Position numbers and translations under genes: made by a program. From NCBI RefSeq assembly GCF_009914755.1, contig NC_060935.1: a DNA stretch of 64,000 nucleotides; one strand, given 5' to 3'. This DNA comes from the human T2T-CHM13v2.0 reference genome, Homo sapiens. Under the pieces are notes generated by a model, which searched no databases, was not told the DNA's origin, and saw nothing but the letters and a program-made list of their open reading frames with translations. This document shows, piece by piece, positions 53,001-64,000 of the stretch (position 1 is the first letter of the stretch; each line of letters starts with the position of its first letter).

Positions 53001-55800
53001 GGACCACTTTGTGGCCTTCCTTCGAAACGGGTATATCTTCACATCAAACCTAGACAGAAGCATTCTCAGAATGTTTCCTGTGATGACTGCATTCAACTCA
53101 CAGAGGTGAACAATCCTGCTGATGGAGGAGTTTTGAAACTCTCTTTCTTTGGATTCTGCAAGTGGATATGTGGACCTCTGTGAAGATTTCGTTGGAAACG
53201 GGTTCATCTTCACAGAAAAACTAAACAGAAGCATTCTCAGAAACTGCTTTGTGATGTTTGTGTTCCACTTCAGGAATTGAACTTTCCTCTTGACAGAGCA
53301 GCTCTGAAACCCTCTTATTCTAGAATCTGCAAGTGGACATTTGGAGGGCTTTGAGGCCTGTGGTGGAAAAGGAAAATCTTCACATAAAAACTAGATGGAA
53401 GCATTCTCAGAAACTACTTTGTGATGATTGCATTCGACTCACAGAGTTGAACATTCCTATAGATAGAGCAGGTTGTAAACAATCTTTTTCTAGAATCTGC
53501 TATTGGAGATTTGGACTCCTTTGAGGCCTACTGTAGTAAAGGAAATAACTTCATCTAAAAACCAAACGGAAGCATTCACAGACAATTCTCAGGATCATTG
53601 GATTGAACTCACAGAGCTGAACATTCCTTTAGATGGAGCAGTTTCCAAACACACTTTCTGTAGAATCTGCAAGTGGATATTTGGACTTCTCTGAGAATTT
53701 CGTTGGAAAAGGGATAAACTTCCCAGAACTACACGGAAGCATTGTGAGAAACTTCTTTGTGATGTTTGCATTCAACTCACAGAGTTGAACCTTGCTTTCA
53801 TAGTTCAGCTTTCAAACAGTCTTTTTGTAGAATCTGCAAGTGGATATTTGGACCACTTTGTGGCCTTCCTTCGAAACGGGTATATCTTCACATCAAACCT
53901 AGACAGAAGCATTCTCAGAATGTTTCCTGTGATGACTGCATTCAACTCACAGAGGTGAACAATCCTGTTGATGGAGCACTTTTGAAACTCTCTTTCTTTG
54001 GATTCTGCAAGTTGATATGTGGACCTCTGTGAAGATTTCGTTGGAAACGGGTTCATCTTCACAGAAAAACTAAACAGAAGCATTCTCAGAAACTACTTTG
54101 TGATGTTTGTGTTCCACTTCAAGAATTGAACTTTCCTCTTGACAGAGCAGCTCTGAAACCCTCTTTTTCTAGAATCTGCAAGTGGACATTTGGAGGGCTT
54201 TGAGGCCTGTGGTGGAAAAGGAAAATCTTCACATAAAAACTAGATGGAAGCATTCTCAGAAACTACTTTGTGATGATTGCATTCGTCTCACAGAGTTGAA
54301 CATTCCTATAGTTAGAGCAGGTTGTAAACAATCTTTTTGTAGAATCTGCGATTGGAGATTTGGACTGCTTGGAGGCCTACTGTAGTAAAGTAAATAACTT
54401 CATCTAAAAACCAAACGGAAGCATTCACAGACAATTCTTAGTGATCATTGCATTGAACTAACAGAGCTGAACATTCCTTTAGATGGCGCAGTTTCCAAAC
54501 ACACTTTCTGTAGAATCTGCAAGTGGATATTTGGACCTCTCTGAGGATTTCGTTAGAAAAGGGATAAACTTCCCAGAACTACACGGAAGCATGCTGAGAA
54601 ACTTCTTTGTGATGTTTGCATTCAACTCACAGAGTTGAACCTTGCTTTCATAGTTCAGCTTTCAAACACTCTTTTTGTAGAATCTGCAAGTGGATATTTG
54701 GACCACTTTGTGGCCTTCCTTGAAACGGGTATATCTTCACATCAAACCTAGACAGAAGCATTCTCAGAATGTTTCCTGTGATGACTGCATTCAACTCACA
54801 GAGGTGAACAATCCTGCTGATGGAGCAGTTTTGAAACTCTCTTTCTTTGGATTCTACAAGTGGATATGTGGACCTCTGTGAAGATTTCGTTGGAAACGGG
54901 TTCATCTTCACAGAAAAACTAAACAGAAGCATTCTCAGAAACTGCTTTGTGATGTTTGTGTTCCACTTCAGGAATTGAACTTTCCTCTTGACAGAGCAGC
55001 TCTGAAACCCTCTTATTCTAGAATCTGCAAGTGGACATTTGGAGGGCTTTGAGGCCTGTGGTGGAAAAGGAAAATCTTCACATAAAAACTAGATGGAAGC
55101 ATTCTCAGAAACTACTTTGTGATGATTGCATTCGACTCACAGAGTTGAACATTCCTATAGATAGAGCAGGTTGTAAACAATCTTTTTGTAGAAAATGCGA
55201 TTGGAGATTTGGACTGCTTTGAGGCCTACTGTAGTAAAGGAAATAACCTCATCTAAAAACCAAACGGAAGCATTCACAGACAATTCTTAGTGATCATTGG
55301 ATTGAACTAACAGAGCTGAACATTCCTTTAGATGGAGCAGTTTCCAAACCCACTTTCTGTAGAATCTGCAAGTGGATATTTGGACTTCTCTGAGGATTTC
55401 GTGGGAAACGGGATAAACTTCCCAGAACTACACGGAAGCATTGTGAGAAACTTCTTTGTGATGTTTGCATTCAACTCACAGAGTTGAACCTTGCTTTCAT
55501 AGTTCAGCTTTCAAACACTCTTTTTGTAGAATCTGCAAGTGGATATTTGGACCACTTTGTGGCCTTCCTTCGAAACGGGTATATCGTCACATCAAACCTA
55601 GACAGAAGCATTCTCAGAATGTTTCCTGTGATGACTGCATTCAACTCACAGAGGTGAACAATCCTGCTGATGGAGCAGTTTTGAAACTCTCTTTCTTTGG
55701 ATTCTGCAAGTGGATATGTGGACCTCTGTGAAGATTTCGTTGGAAACGGGTTCATCTTCACAGAAAAACTAAACAGGAGCATTCTCAGAAACTGCTTTGT
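44090..55800 (+). repeat. Older tandem pair of ~7-HOR blocks (~5.95 kb each)
   Basis: Rare markers are shared in the same order: ATCTTCAAG and CACTTCTAGA, GAAACTTG and GACATAAG, CACTTTTTT and GGAGGAG, the TCTCAGGATC indel, the CCTTGAAAC deletion, TTCGTGGGAAAC. Offsets are 5,948, 6,796 and 5,946 bp. Confidence 0.8.
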
Positions 55801-58800
55801 GATGTTTGTGTTCCACTTCAAGAATTGAACTTTCCCCTTGACAGAGCAGCTCTGAAACCCTCTTATTCTATAATCTGCAAGTGGACATTTGGAGGGCTTT
55901 GAGGCCTGTGGTGGAAAAGGAAAATCTTCACATAAAAACTAGATGGAAGCATTCTCAGAAACTACTTTGTGATGATTGCATTCGACTCACAGAGTTGAAC
56001 ATTCCTATAGATAGAGCAGGTTGTAAACAATCTTTTTGTAGAATCTGCGATTGGAGATTTGGACTGCTTTGAGGCCTACTGTAGTAAAGGAAATAACTTC
56101 ATCTAAAAACCAAACGGAAGCATTCACAGACAATTCTTAGTGATCATTGGATTGAACTAACAGAGCTGAACATTCCTTTAGATGGCGCAGTTTCCAAACA
56201 CACTTTCTGTAGAATCTGCAAGTGGATATTTGGACTTCTCTGAGGATTTCGTTGGAAACGGGATAAACTTCCCAGAACTACACGGAAGCATTGTGAGAAA
56301 CTTCTTTGTGATGTTTGCATTCAACTCACAGAGTTGAACCTTGCTTTCATAGTTCAGCTTTCAAACCCTCTTTTTGTAGAATCTGCAAGTGGATATTTGG
56401 ACCACTTTGTGGCCTTCCTTCGAAACGGGTATATCTTCACATCAAACCTAGACAGAAGCATTCTCAGAATGTTTCCTGTGATGACTGCATTCAACTCACA
56501 GAGGTGAACAATCCTGCTGATGGAGCAGTTTTGAAACTCTCTTTCTTTGGATTCTGCAAGTGGATATGTGGACCTCTGTGAAGATTTCGTTGGAAACGGG
56601 TTCATCTTCACAGAAAAACTAAACAGGAGCATTCTCAGAAACTGCTTTGTGATGTTTGTATTCCACTTCAAGAATTGAACTTTCCTCTTGACAGAGCAGC
56701 TCTGAAACCCTCTTTTTCTAGAATCTGCAAGTGGACATTTGGAGGGCTTTGAGGCCTGTGGTGGAAAAGGAAAATCTTCACATAAAAACTAGATGGAAGC
56801 ATTCTCAGAAACTACTTTGTGATGATTGCATTCGACTCACAGAGTTGAACATTCCTATAGATAGAGCAGGTTGTAAACAATGTTTTTGTAGAATCTGCGA
56901 TTGGAGATTTGGACTGCTTTGAGGCCTACTGTAGTAAAGGAAATAACTTCATCTAAAAACCAAACGGAAGCATTCACAGACAATTCTTAGTGATCATTGG
57001 ATTGAACTAACAGAGCTGAACATTCCTTTAGATGGAGCAGTTTCCAAACACACTTTCTGTACAATCTGCAAGTGGATATTTGGACTTCTCTGAGGATTTC
57101 GTTGGAAACGGGATAAACTTCCCAGAACTACAGGGAAGCATTGTGAGAAACTTCTTTGTGATGTTTGCATTCAACTCACAGAGTTGAACCTTGCTTTCAT
57201 AGTTCAGCTTTCAAACACTCTTTTTGTAGAATCTGCAAGTGGATATTTGGACCACTTTGTGGCCTTCCTTCGAAACGGGTATATCTTCACATCAAACCTA
57301 GACAGAAGCATTCTCAGAATGTTTCCTGTGATGACTGCATTCAACTCACAGAGGTGAACAATCCTGTTGATGGAGCACTTTTGAAACTCTCTTTCTTTGG
57401 ATTCTGCAAGTGGATATGTGGACCTCTGTGAAGATTTCGTTGGAAACGGGTTCATCTTCACAGAAAAATTAACAGAAGCATTCTCAGAAACTGCTTTGTG
57501 ATGTTTGTGTTCCACTTCAGGAATTGAACTTTCCTCTTGACAGAGCAGCTCTGAAACCCTCTTATTCTAGAATCTGCAAGTGGACATTTGGAGGGCTTTG
57601 AGGCCTGTGGTGGAAAAGGAAAATCTTCACATAAAAACTAGATGGAAGCATTCTCAGAAACTTCTTTGTGATGATTGCATTCGACTCACAGAGTTGAACA
57701 TTCCTATAGATAGAGCAGGTTGTAAACAATCTTTTTGTAGAATCTGCGATTGGAGATTTGGACTGCTTTGAGGCCTACTGTAGTAAAGGAAATAACTTCA
57801 TCTAAAAACCAAACGGAAGCATTCACAGACAATTCTTAGTGATCATTGGATTGAACTAACAGAGCTGAACATTCCTTTAGATGGCGCAGTTTCCAAACAC
57901 ACTTTCTGTAGAATCTGCAAGTGGATATTTGGACTTCTCTGAGGATTTCGTTGGAAACGGGATAAACTTCCCAGAACTACACGGAAGCATGCTGAGAAAC
58001 TTCTTTGTGATGTTTGCATTCAACTCACAGAGTTGAACCTTGCTTTCATAGTTCAGCTTTCAAACACTCTGTTTGTAGAATCTGCAAGTGGATATTTGGA
58101 CCACTTTGTGGCCTTCCTTCGAAACGGGTATATCTTCACATCAAACCTAGACAGAAGCATTCTCAGAATGTTTCCTGTGATGACTGCATTCAACTCACAG
58201 AGGTGAACAATCCTGCTGATGGAGCAGTTTTGAAACTCTCTTTCTTTGGATTCTGCAAGTGGATATGTGGACCTCTGTGAAGATTTCGTTGGAAACGGGT
58301 TCATCTTCACAGAAAAACTAAACAGAAGCATTCTCAGAAACTGCTTTGTGATGTTTGTGTTCCACTTCAGGAATTGAACTTTCCTCCTGACAGAGCAGCT
58401 CTGACACCCTCTTATTCTAGAATCTGCAAGTGGACATTTGGAGGGCTTTGAGGCCTGTGGTGGAAAAGGAAAATCTTCACATAAAAACTAGATGGAAGCA
58501 TTCTCAGAAACTACTTTGTGATGATTGCATTCGACTCACAGAGTTGAACATTCCTATAGATAGAGCAGGTTGTAAACAATCTTTTTGTAGAATCTGCGAT
58601 TGGAGATTTGGACTGCTTTGAGGCCTACTGTAGTAAAGGAAATAACATCATCTAAAAACCAAACGGAAGCATTCACAGACAATTCTTAGTGATCATTGCA
58701 TTGAACTAACAGAGCTGAACATTCCTTTAGATGGAGCAGTTTCCAAACACACTTTCTGTAGAACCTGCAAGTGGATATTTGGACCTCTCTGAGGATTTCG

Positions 58801-60979
58801 TTGGAAACGGGATAAACTTCCCAGAACTACACGGAAGCATTGTGAGAAACTTCTTTGTGATGTTTGCATTCAACTCACAGAGTTGAACCTTGCTTTCATA
58901 GTTCAGCTTTCAAACACTCTTTTTGTAGAATCTGCAAGTGGATATTTGGACCACTTTGTGGCCTTCCTTCGAAACGGGTATATCTTCACATCAAACCTAG
59001 ACAGAAGCATTCTCAGAATGTTTCCTGTGATGACTGCATTCAACTCACAGAGGTGAACAATCCTGCTGATGGAGCAGTTTTGAAACTCTCTTTCTTTGGA
59101 TTCTGCAAGTGGATATGTGGACCTCTGTGAAGATTTCGTTGGAAACGGGTTCATCTTCACAGAAAAACTAAACAGGAGCATTCTCAGAAACTGCTTTGTG
59201 ATGTTTGTGTTCCACTTAAAGAATTGAACTTCCCTCTTGACAGAGCAGCTCTGAAACCCTCTTTTTCTAAAATCTGCAAGTGGACATTTGGAGGGCTTTG
59301 AGGCCTGTGGTGGAAAAGGAAATTCTTCACATAAAAACTTTATGGAAGCATTCTCAGGAACTTCTTTGTGATGATTGCATTCGACTCACAGAGTTGAACA
59401 TTCCTATAGATAGAGCAGGTTGTAAACAATCTTTTTGTAGAGTCTGCGATTGGAGATTTGGACTGCTTTGAGGCCTACTGTAGTAAAGGAAATTACTTCA
59501 TCTAAAAACCAAACGGAAGCATTCACAGACAATTCTTAGTGATCATTGGATTGAACTAACAGAGCTGAACATTCCTTTAGATGGAGCAGTTTCCAAACCC
59601 ACTTTCTGTAGAATCTGCAACTGGATATTTGGACTTCTCTGAGGATTTCGTTGGAAACGGGATAAACTTCCCAGAACTACACGGAAGCATTGTGAGAAAC
59701 TTCTTTGTGATGTTTGCATTCAACTCACAGAGTTGAACCTTGTTTTCATAGTTCAGCTTTCAAACACTCTTTTTGTAGAATCTGCAAGTGGATATTTGGA
59801 CCACTTTGTGGCCTTCCTTCGAAACGGGTATATCTTCACATCAAACCTAGACAGAAGCATTCTCAGAATGTTTCCTGTGATGACTGCATTCAACTCACAG
59901 AGGTGAACAATCCTGTTGATGGAGCACTTTTGAAACTCTCTTTCTTTGGATTCTGTAAGTTGATATGTGGACCTCTGTGAAGATTTCGTTGGAAACGGGT
60001 TCATCTTCACAGAAAAACCAAACAGAAGCATTCTCAAAAACTACTTTGTGATGTTTGTGTTCCACTTCAAGAATTGAACTTTCCTCTTGACAGAGCAGCT
60101 CTGAAAACCTCTTTTTCTAGAATCTGCAAGTGGACATTTGGAGGGCTTTCAGGCCTGTGGTGGAAAAGGAAAATCTTCACATAAAAACTAGATGGAAGCA
60201 TTCTCAGAAACTACTTTGTGATGATTGCATTCGACTCACAGAGTAGAACATTCCTATAGATAGAGCAGGTTGTAAACAATCTTTTTGTAGAATCTGCGAT
60301 TGGAGATTCGGACTGCTTTGAGGCCTACTGTAGTAAAGGAAATAACTTCATCTAAAAACCAAACGGAAGCATTCACAGACAATTCTTAGTGATCATTGCA
60401 TTGAACTAACAGAGCTGAACATTCCTTTAGATGGCGCAGTTTCCAAACACACTTTCTGTAGAATCTGCAAGTGGATATTTGGACCTCTCTGAGGATTTCG
60501 TTGGAAACGGGATAAACTTCCCAGAACTACACGGAAGCATTGTGAGAAACTTCTTTGTGATGTTTGCATTCAACTGACAGAGTTGAACCTTGCTTTCATA
60601 GTTCAGCTTTCAAACACTCTTTTTGTAGAATCTGCAAGTGGATATTTGGACCACTTTGTGGCCTTCCTTCGAAACGGGTATATCTTCACATCAAACCTAG
60701 ACAGAAGCATTCTCAGAATGTTTCCTGTGATGACTGCATTCAACTCACAGAGGTGAACAATCCTGCTGATGGAGCAGTTTTGAAACTCTCTTTCTTTGGA
60801 TTCTGCAAGTGGATATGTGGACCTCTGTGAAGATTTCGTTGGAAACGGGTTCATCTTCACAGAAAAACTAAACAGGAGCATTCTCAGAAACTGCTTTGTG
60901 ATGTTTGTGTTCCACTTCAGGAATTGAACTTTCCTCTTGACAGAGCAGCTCTGAAACCCTCTTATTCTAGAATCTGCAA

Positions 60980-63900
60980 GTGGACATTTGGAGGGCTTTG
61001 AGGCCTGTGGTGGAAAAGGAAAATCTTCACATAAAAACTAGATGGAAGCATTCTCAGAAACTACTTTGTGATGATTGCATTCGACTCACAGAGTTGAACA
61101 TTCCTATAGATAGAGCAGGTTGTAAACAATCTTTTTGTAGAATCTGCGATTGGAGATTTGGACTGCTTTGAGTCCTACTGTAGTAAAGGAAATAACTTCA
61201 TCTAAAAACCAAACGGAAGCATTCACAGACAATTCTTAGTGATCATTGCATTGAACTAACAGAGCTGAACATTCCTTTAGATGGAGCAGTTTCCAAACAC
61301 ACTTTCTGTAGAACCTGCAAGTGGATATTTGGACCTCTCTGAGGATTTCGTTGGAAACGGGATAAACTTCCCAGAACTACACGGAAGCATTGTGAGAAAC
61401 TTCTTTGTGATGTTTGCATTCAACTCACAGAGTTGAACCTTGCTTTCATAGTTCAGCTTTCAAACACTCTTTTTGTAGAATCTGCAAGTGGATATTTGGA
61501 CCACTTTGTGGCCTTCCTTCGAAACGGCTATATCTTCACATCAAACCTAGACAGAAGCATTCTCAGAATGTTTCCTGTGATGACTGCATTCAACTCACAG
61601 AGGTGAACAATCCTGCTGATGGAGCAGTTTTGAAACTCTCTTTCTTTGGATTCTGCAAGTGGATATGTGGACCTCTGTGAAGATTTCGTTGGAAACGGGT
61701 TCATCTTCACAGAAAAACTAAACAGAAACATTCTCACAAACTGCTTTGTGATGTTTGTGTTCCACTTCAGGAATTGAACTTTCCTCTTGACAGAGCAGCT
61801 CTGAAACCCTCTTATTCTAGAATCTGCAAGTGGACATTTGGAGGGCTTTGAGGCCTGTGGTGGAAAAGGAAAATCTTCACATAAAAACTAGATGGAAGCA
61901 TTCTCAGAAACTACTTTGTGATGATTGCATTCGACTCACAGATTTGAACATTCCTATAGATAGAGCAGGTTGTAAACAATCTTTTTGTAGAATCTGCGAT
62001 TGGAGATTTGGACTGCTTTGAGGCCTACTGTAGTAAAGGAAATAACTTCATCTAAAAACCAAACGGAAGCATTCACAGACAATTCTTAGTGATCATTGGA
62101 TTGAACTAACAGAGCTGAACATTCCTTTAGATGGCGCAGTTTCCAAACACACTTTCTGTAGAATCTGCAAGTGGATATTTGGACTTCTCTGAGGATTTCG
62201 TTGGAAACGGGATAAACTTCCCAGAACTACACGGAAGCATTGTGAGAAACTTCTTTGTGATGTTTGCATTCAACTCAGAGAGTTGAAACTTGCTTTCATA
62301 GTTCAGCTTTCAAACACTCTTTTTGTAGAATCTGCAAGTGGATATTTGGACCACTTTTTGGGCTTCCTTCGAAACGGGTATATCTTCACATCAAACCTAG
62401 ACAGAAACATTCTCAGAATGTTTCCTGTGATGACTGCATTCAACTCACAGAGGTGAACAATCCTGCTGATGGAGCAGTTTTGAAACTCTCTTTCTTTGGA
62501 TTCTGCAAGTGGATATGTGGACCTCTGTGAAGATTTAGTTGGAAACGTGTTCATCTTCACAGAAAAACTAAACAGGAGCATTCTCAGAAACTGCTTTGTG
62601 ATGTTTGTGTTCCACTTCAAGAATTGAACTTTCCTCTTGACAGAGCAGCTCTGAAACCCTATTTTTCTAGAATATGCAAGTGGACATTTGGAGGGCTTTG
62701 AGGCCTGTGGTGGAAAAGGAAAATCTTCACATAAAAACTAGATGGAAGCATTCTCAGAAACTACTTTGTGATGATTGCATTCGACGCACAGAGTTGAACA
62801 TTCCTATAGATAGAGCAGGTTGTAAACAATCTTTTTGTAGAATCTGCGATTGGAGATTTGGACTGCTTTGAGGCCTACTGTAGTAAAGGAAATAACTTCA
62901 TCTAAAAACCAAACGGAAGCATTCACAGACAATTCTTAGTGATCATTGCATTGAACTAACAGAGCTGAACATTCCTTTAGATGGAGCAGTTTCCAAACCC
63001 ACTTTCTGTAGAATCTGCAAGTGGATATTTGGACTTCTCTGAGGATTTCGTTGGAAACGGGATAAAATTCCCAGAACTACACGGAAGCATTCTGAGAAAC
63101 TTCTTTGTAATGTTTGCATTCAACTCACAGAGTTGAACCTTGCTTTCATAGTTCAGCTTTCAAACACTCTTTTTGTACAATCTGCAAGTGGATATTTGGA
63201 CCACTTTGTGGCCTTCCTTCGAAACGGGTATATCTTCATATCAAACCTAGACAGAAGCATTCTCAGAATGTTTCCTGTGATGACTGCATTCAACTCACAG
63301 AGGTGAACAATCCTGCTGATGGAGCACTTTGGAAACTCTCTTTCTTTGGATTCTGCAAGTGGATATGTGGACCTCTGTGAAGATTTCGTTGGAAACGGGT
63401 TCATCTTCACAGAAAAACTGAACAGGAGCATTCTCAGAAAGTGCTTTGTGATGTTTGTGTTCCACTTCAGGAATTGAACTTTCCTCTTGACAGAGCAGCT
63501 CTGAAACCCTCTTTTTCTAGAATCTGCAAGTGGACATTTGGAGGGCTTTGAGGCCTGTGGTGGAAAAGGAAAATCTTCACATAAAAACTAGATGGAAGCA
63601 TTCTCAGAAACTACTTTGTGATGATTGCATTCGACTCACAGAGTTGAACATTCCTATAGATAGAGCAGGTTGTAAACAATCTTTTTGTAGAATCTGCGAT
63701 TGGAGATTTGGACTGCTTTGAGGCCTACTGTAGTAGAGGAAATAACTTCATCTAAAAACCAAACGGAAGCATTCACAGACAATTCTTAGTGATCATTGCA
63801 TTGAACTAACAGAGCTGAACATTCCTTTAGATGGAGCAGTTTCCAAACACACTTTCTGTAGAATCTGCAAGTGGATATTTGGACTTCTCTGAGGATTTCG

Positions 63901-64000
63901 TTAGAAACGGGATAAACTTCCCAGAACTACACGGAAGCATTCTGAGAAACTTCTTTGTGATGTTTGCATTCAACTCACAGAGTTGAACCTTGCTTTCATA
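60980..64000 (+). repeat. Distant copy of ~38037-41057 (offset 22,943 bp), continuing off the window edge
   Basis: Private markers occur in the same order: GAGTCC, ACGGCTAT, CAGATTTG, CTCAGAGAG, TTTAGTTGGAAACGTG, GACGCAC, TGTAATG, GTACAATC, AAACTGAAC, TAGAGG, TTCGTTAG. Confidence 0.88.

Larger units (their letters stand above)
1..64000 (+). repeat. Centromeric alpha-satellite HOR array: 850-bp pentamer, ~75 head-to-tail copies, suprachromosomal family 3; probably human chr11 D11Z1
   Basis: Seen: exact 850-bp period (ORF-track landmarks at 225, 1075, 1925, ...), alphoid motifs (AGAATCTGCAAGTGGATATTTGG, AAGCATTCTCAGAAACT, CAACTCACAGAGTTGAAC) and CENP-B boxes. Established knowledge: a 5-monomer ~0.85-kb XbaI HOR with three B-type and two A-type monomers describes D11Z1; the other SF3 live arrays are longer (DXZ1 12-mer, D17Z1 16-mer). 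Alpha-satellite identity is near certain; the chr11 assignment is about 0.85. Confidence 0.97.

Noticed and set aside
31603-55413. Box 1 variants TTTCGTTAGAAACGGGA and TTTCGTGGGAAACGGGA as lost CENP-B sites
   Set aside because: The changes fall at non-core positions and the 9 recognition bases remain, so they were not counted as broken.
225-63721. Recurrent 63-112 aa ORFs on both strands (MHSTHRVEPCF..., MDIWRALRP..., MLLFSFSVK...)
   Set aside because: They are translations of the satellite. The plus-strand ones start at TTG or GTG, they overlap on opposite strands, they recur at the DNA period, and they are freely broken by stops and frameshifts. There is no recognisable domain or gene structure.
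1-64000. CRISPR-like repeat/spacer array or another prokaryotic system
   Set aside because: There are no unique spacers and no associated genes. The entire sequence repeats and is recognisable primate alphoid DNA.
1-64000. Transposon (L1/Alu) insertion, inversion or array edge
   Set aside because: The 850-bp phase and orientation are continuous from end to end. I saw no poly-A tail, target-site duplication or non-alphoid sequence.
1-64000. Assignment to DXZ1 or D17Z1
   Set aside because: They belong to the same monomer family, but their HORs are 12 and 16 monomers long. Here near-identity already recurs at 5 monomers, and the 14/16 counts reported above refer to whole HORs, not monomers.

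Overview
The whole 64-kb window is one uninterrupted, single-orientation array of primate centromeric alpha-satellite DNA. It has no genes, RNA genes or transposon insertions. It consists of about 75 copies of an 850-bp higher-order repeat (HOR) of five ~170-bp monomers, in the order B-B-B-A-A. Each HOR has two canonical CENP-B boxes, one fixed degenerate box, two A-type (pJ-alpha-like) boxes and normally one XbaI site. This matches the suprachromosomal family 3 (W1-W5) pentamer, most likely human chromosome 11 D11Z1; that assignment is from recall and was not searched. All ORFs in the track are by-products of the repeat. I found no new protein-coding system. The signal of interest is in the HOR variants, which show nested super-repeats: a near-identical 14/16-HOR block (offsets 13,598 and 11,898 bp) with a younger 1.7-kb duplication inside it, 4.25-kb and 1.7-kb duplications at 31-40 kb, a ~5.95-kb 7-HOR pair at 44-56 kb, and a copy displaced by 22,943 bp at the right end. 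I saw no broken canonical CENP-B box before 29 kb and 14 after it. All comparisons were made by eye, so counts are approximate.
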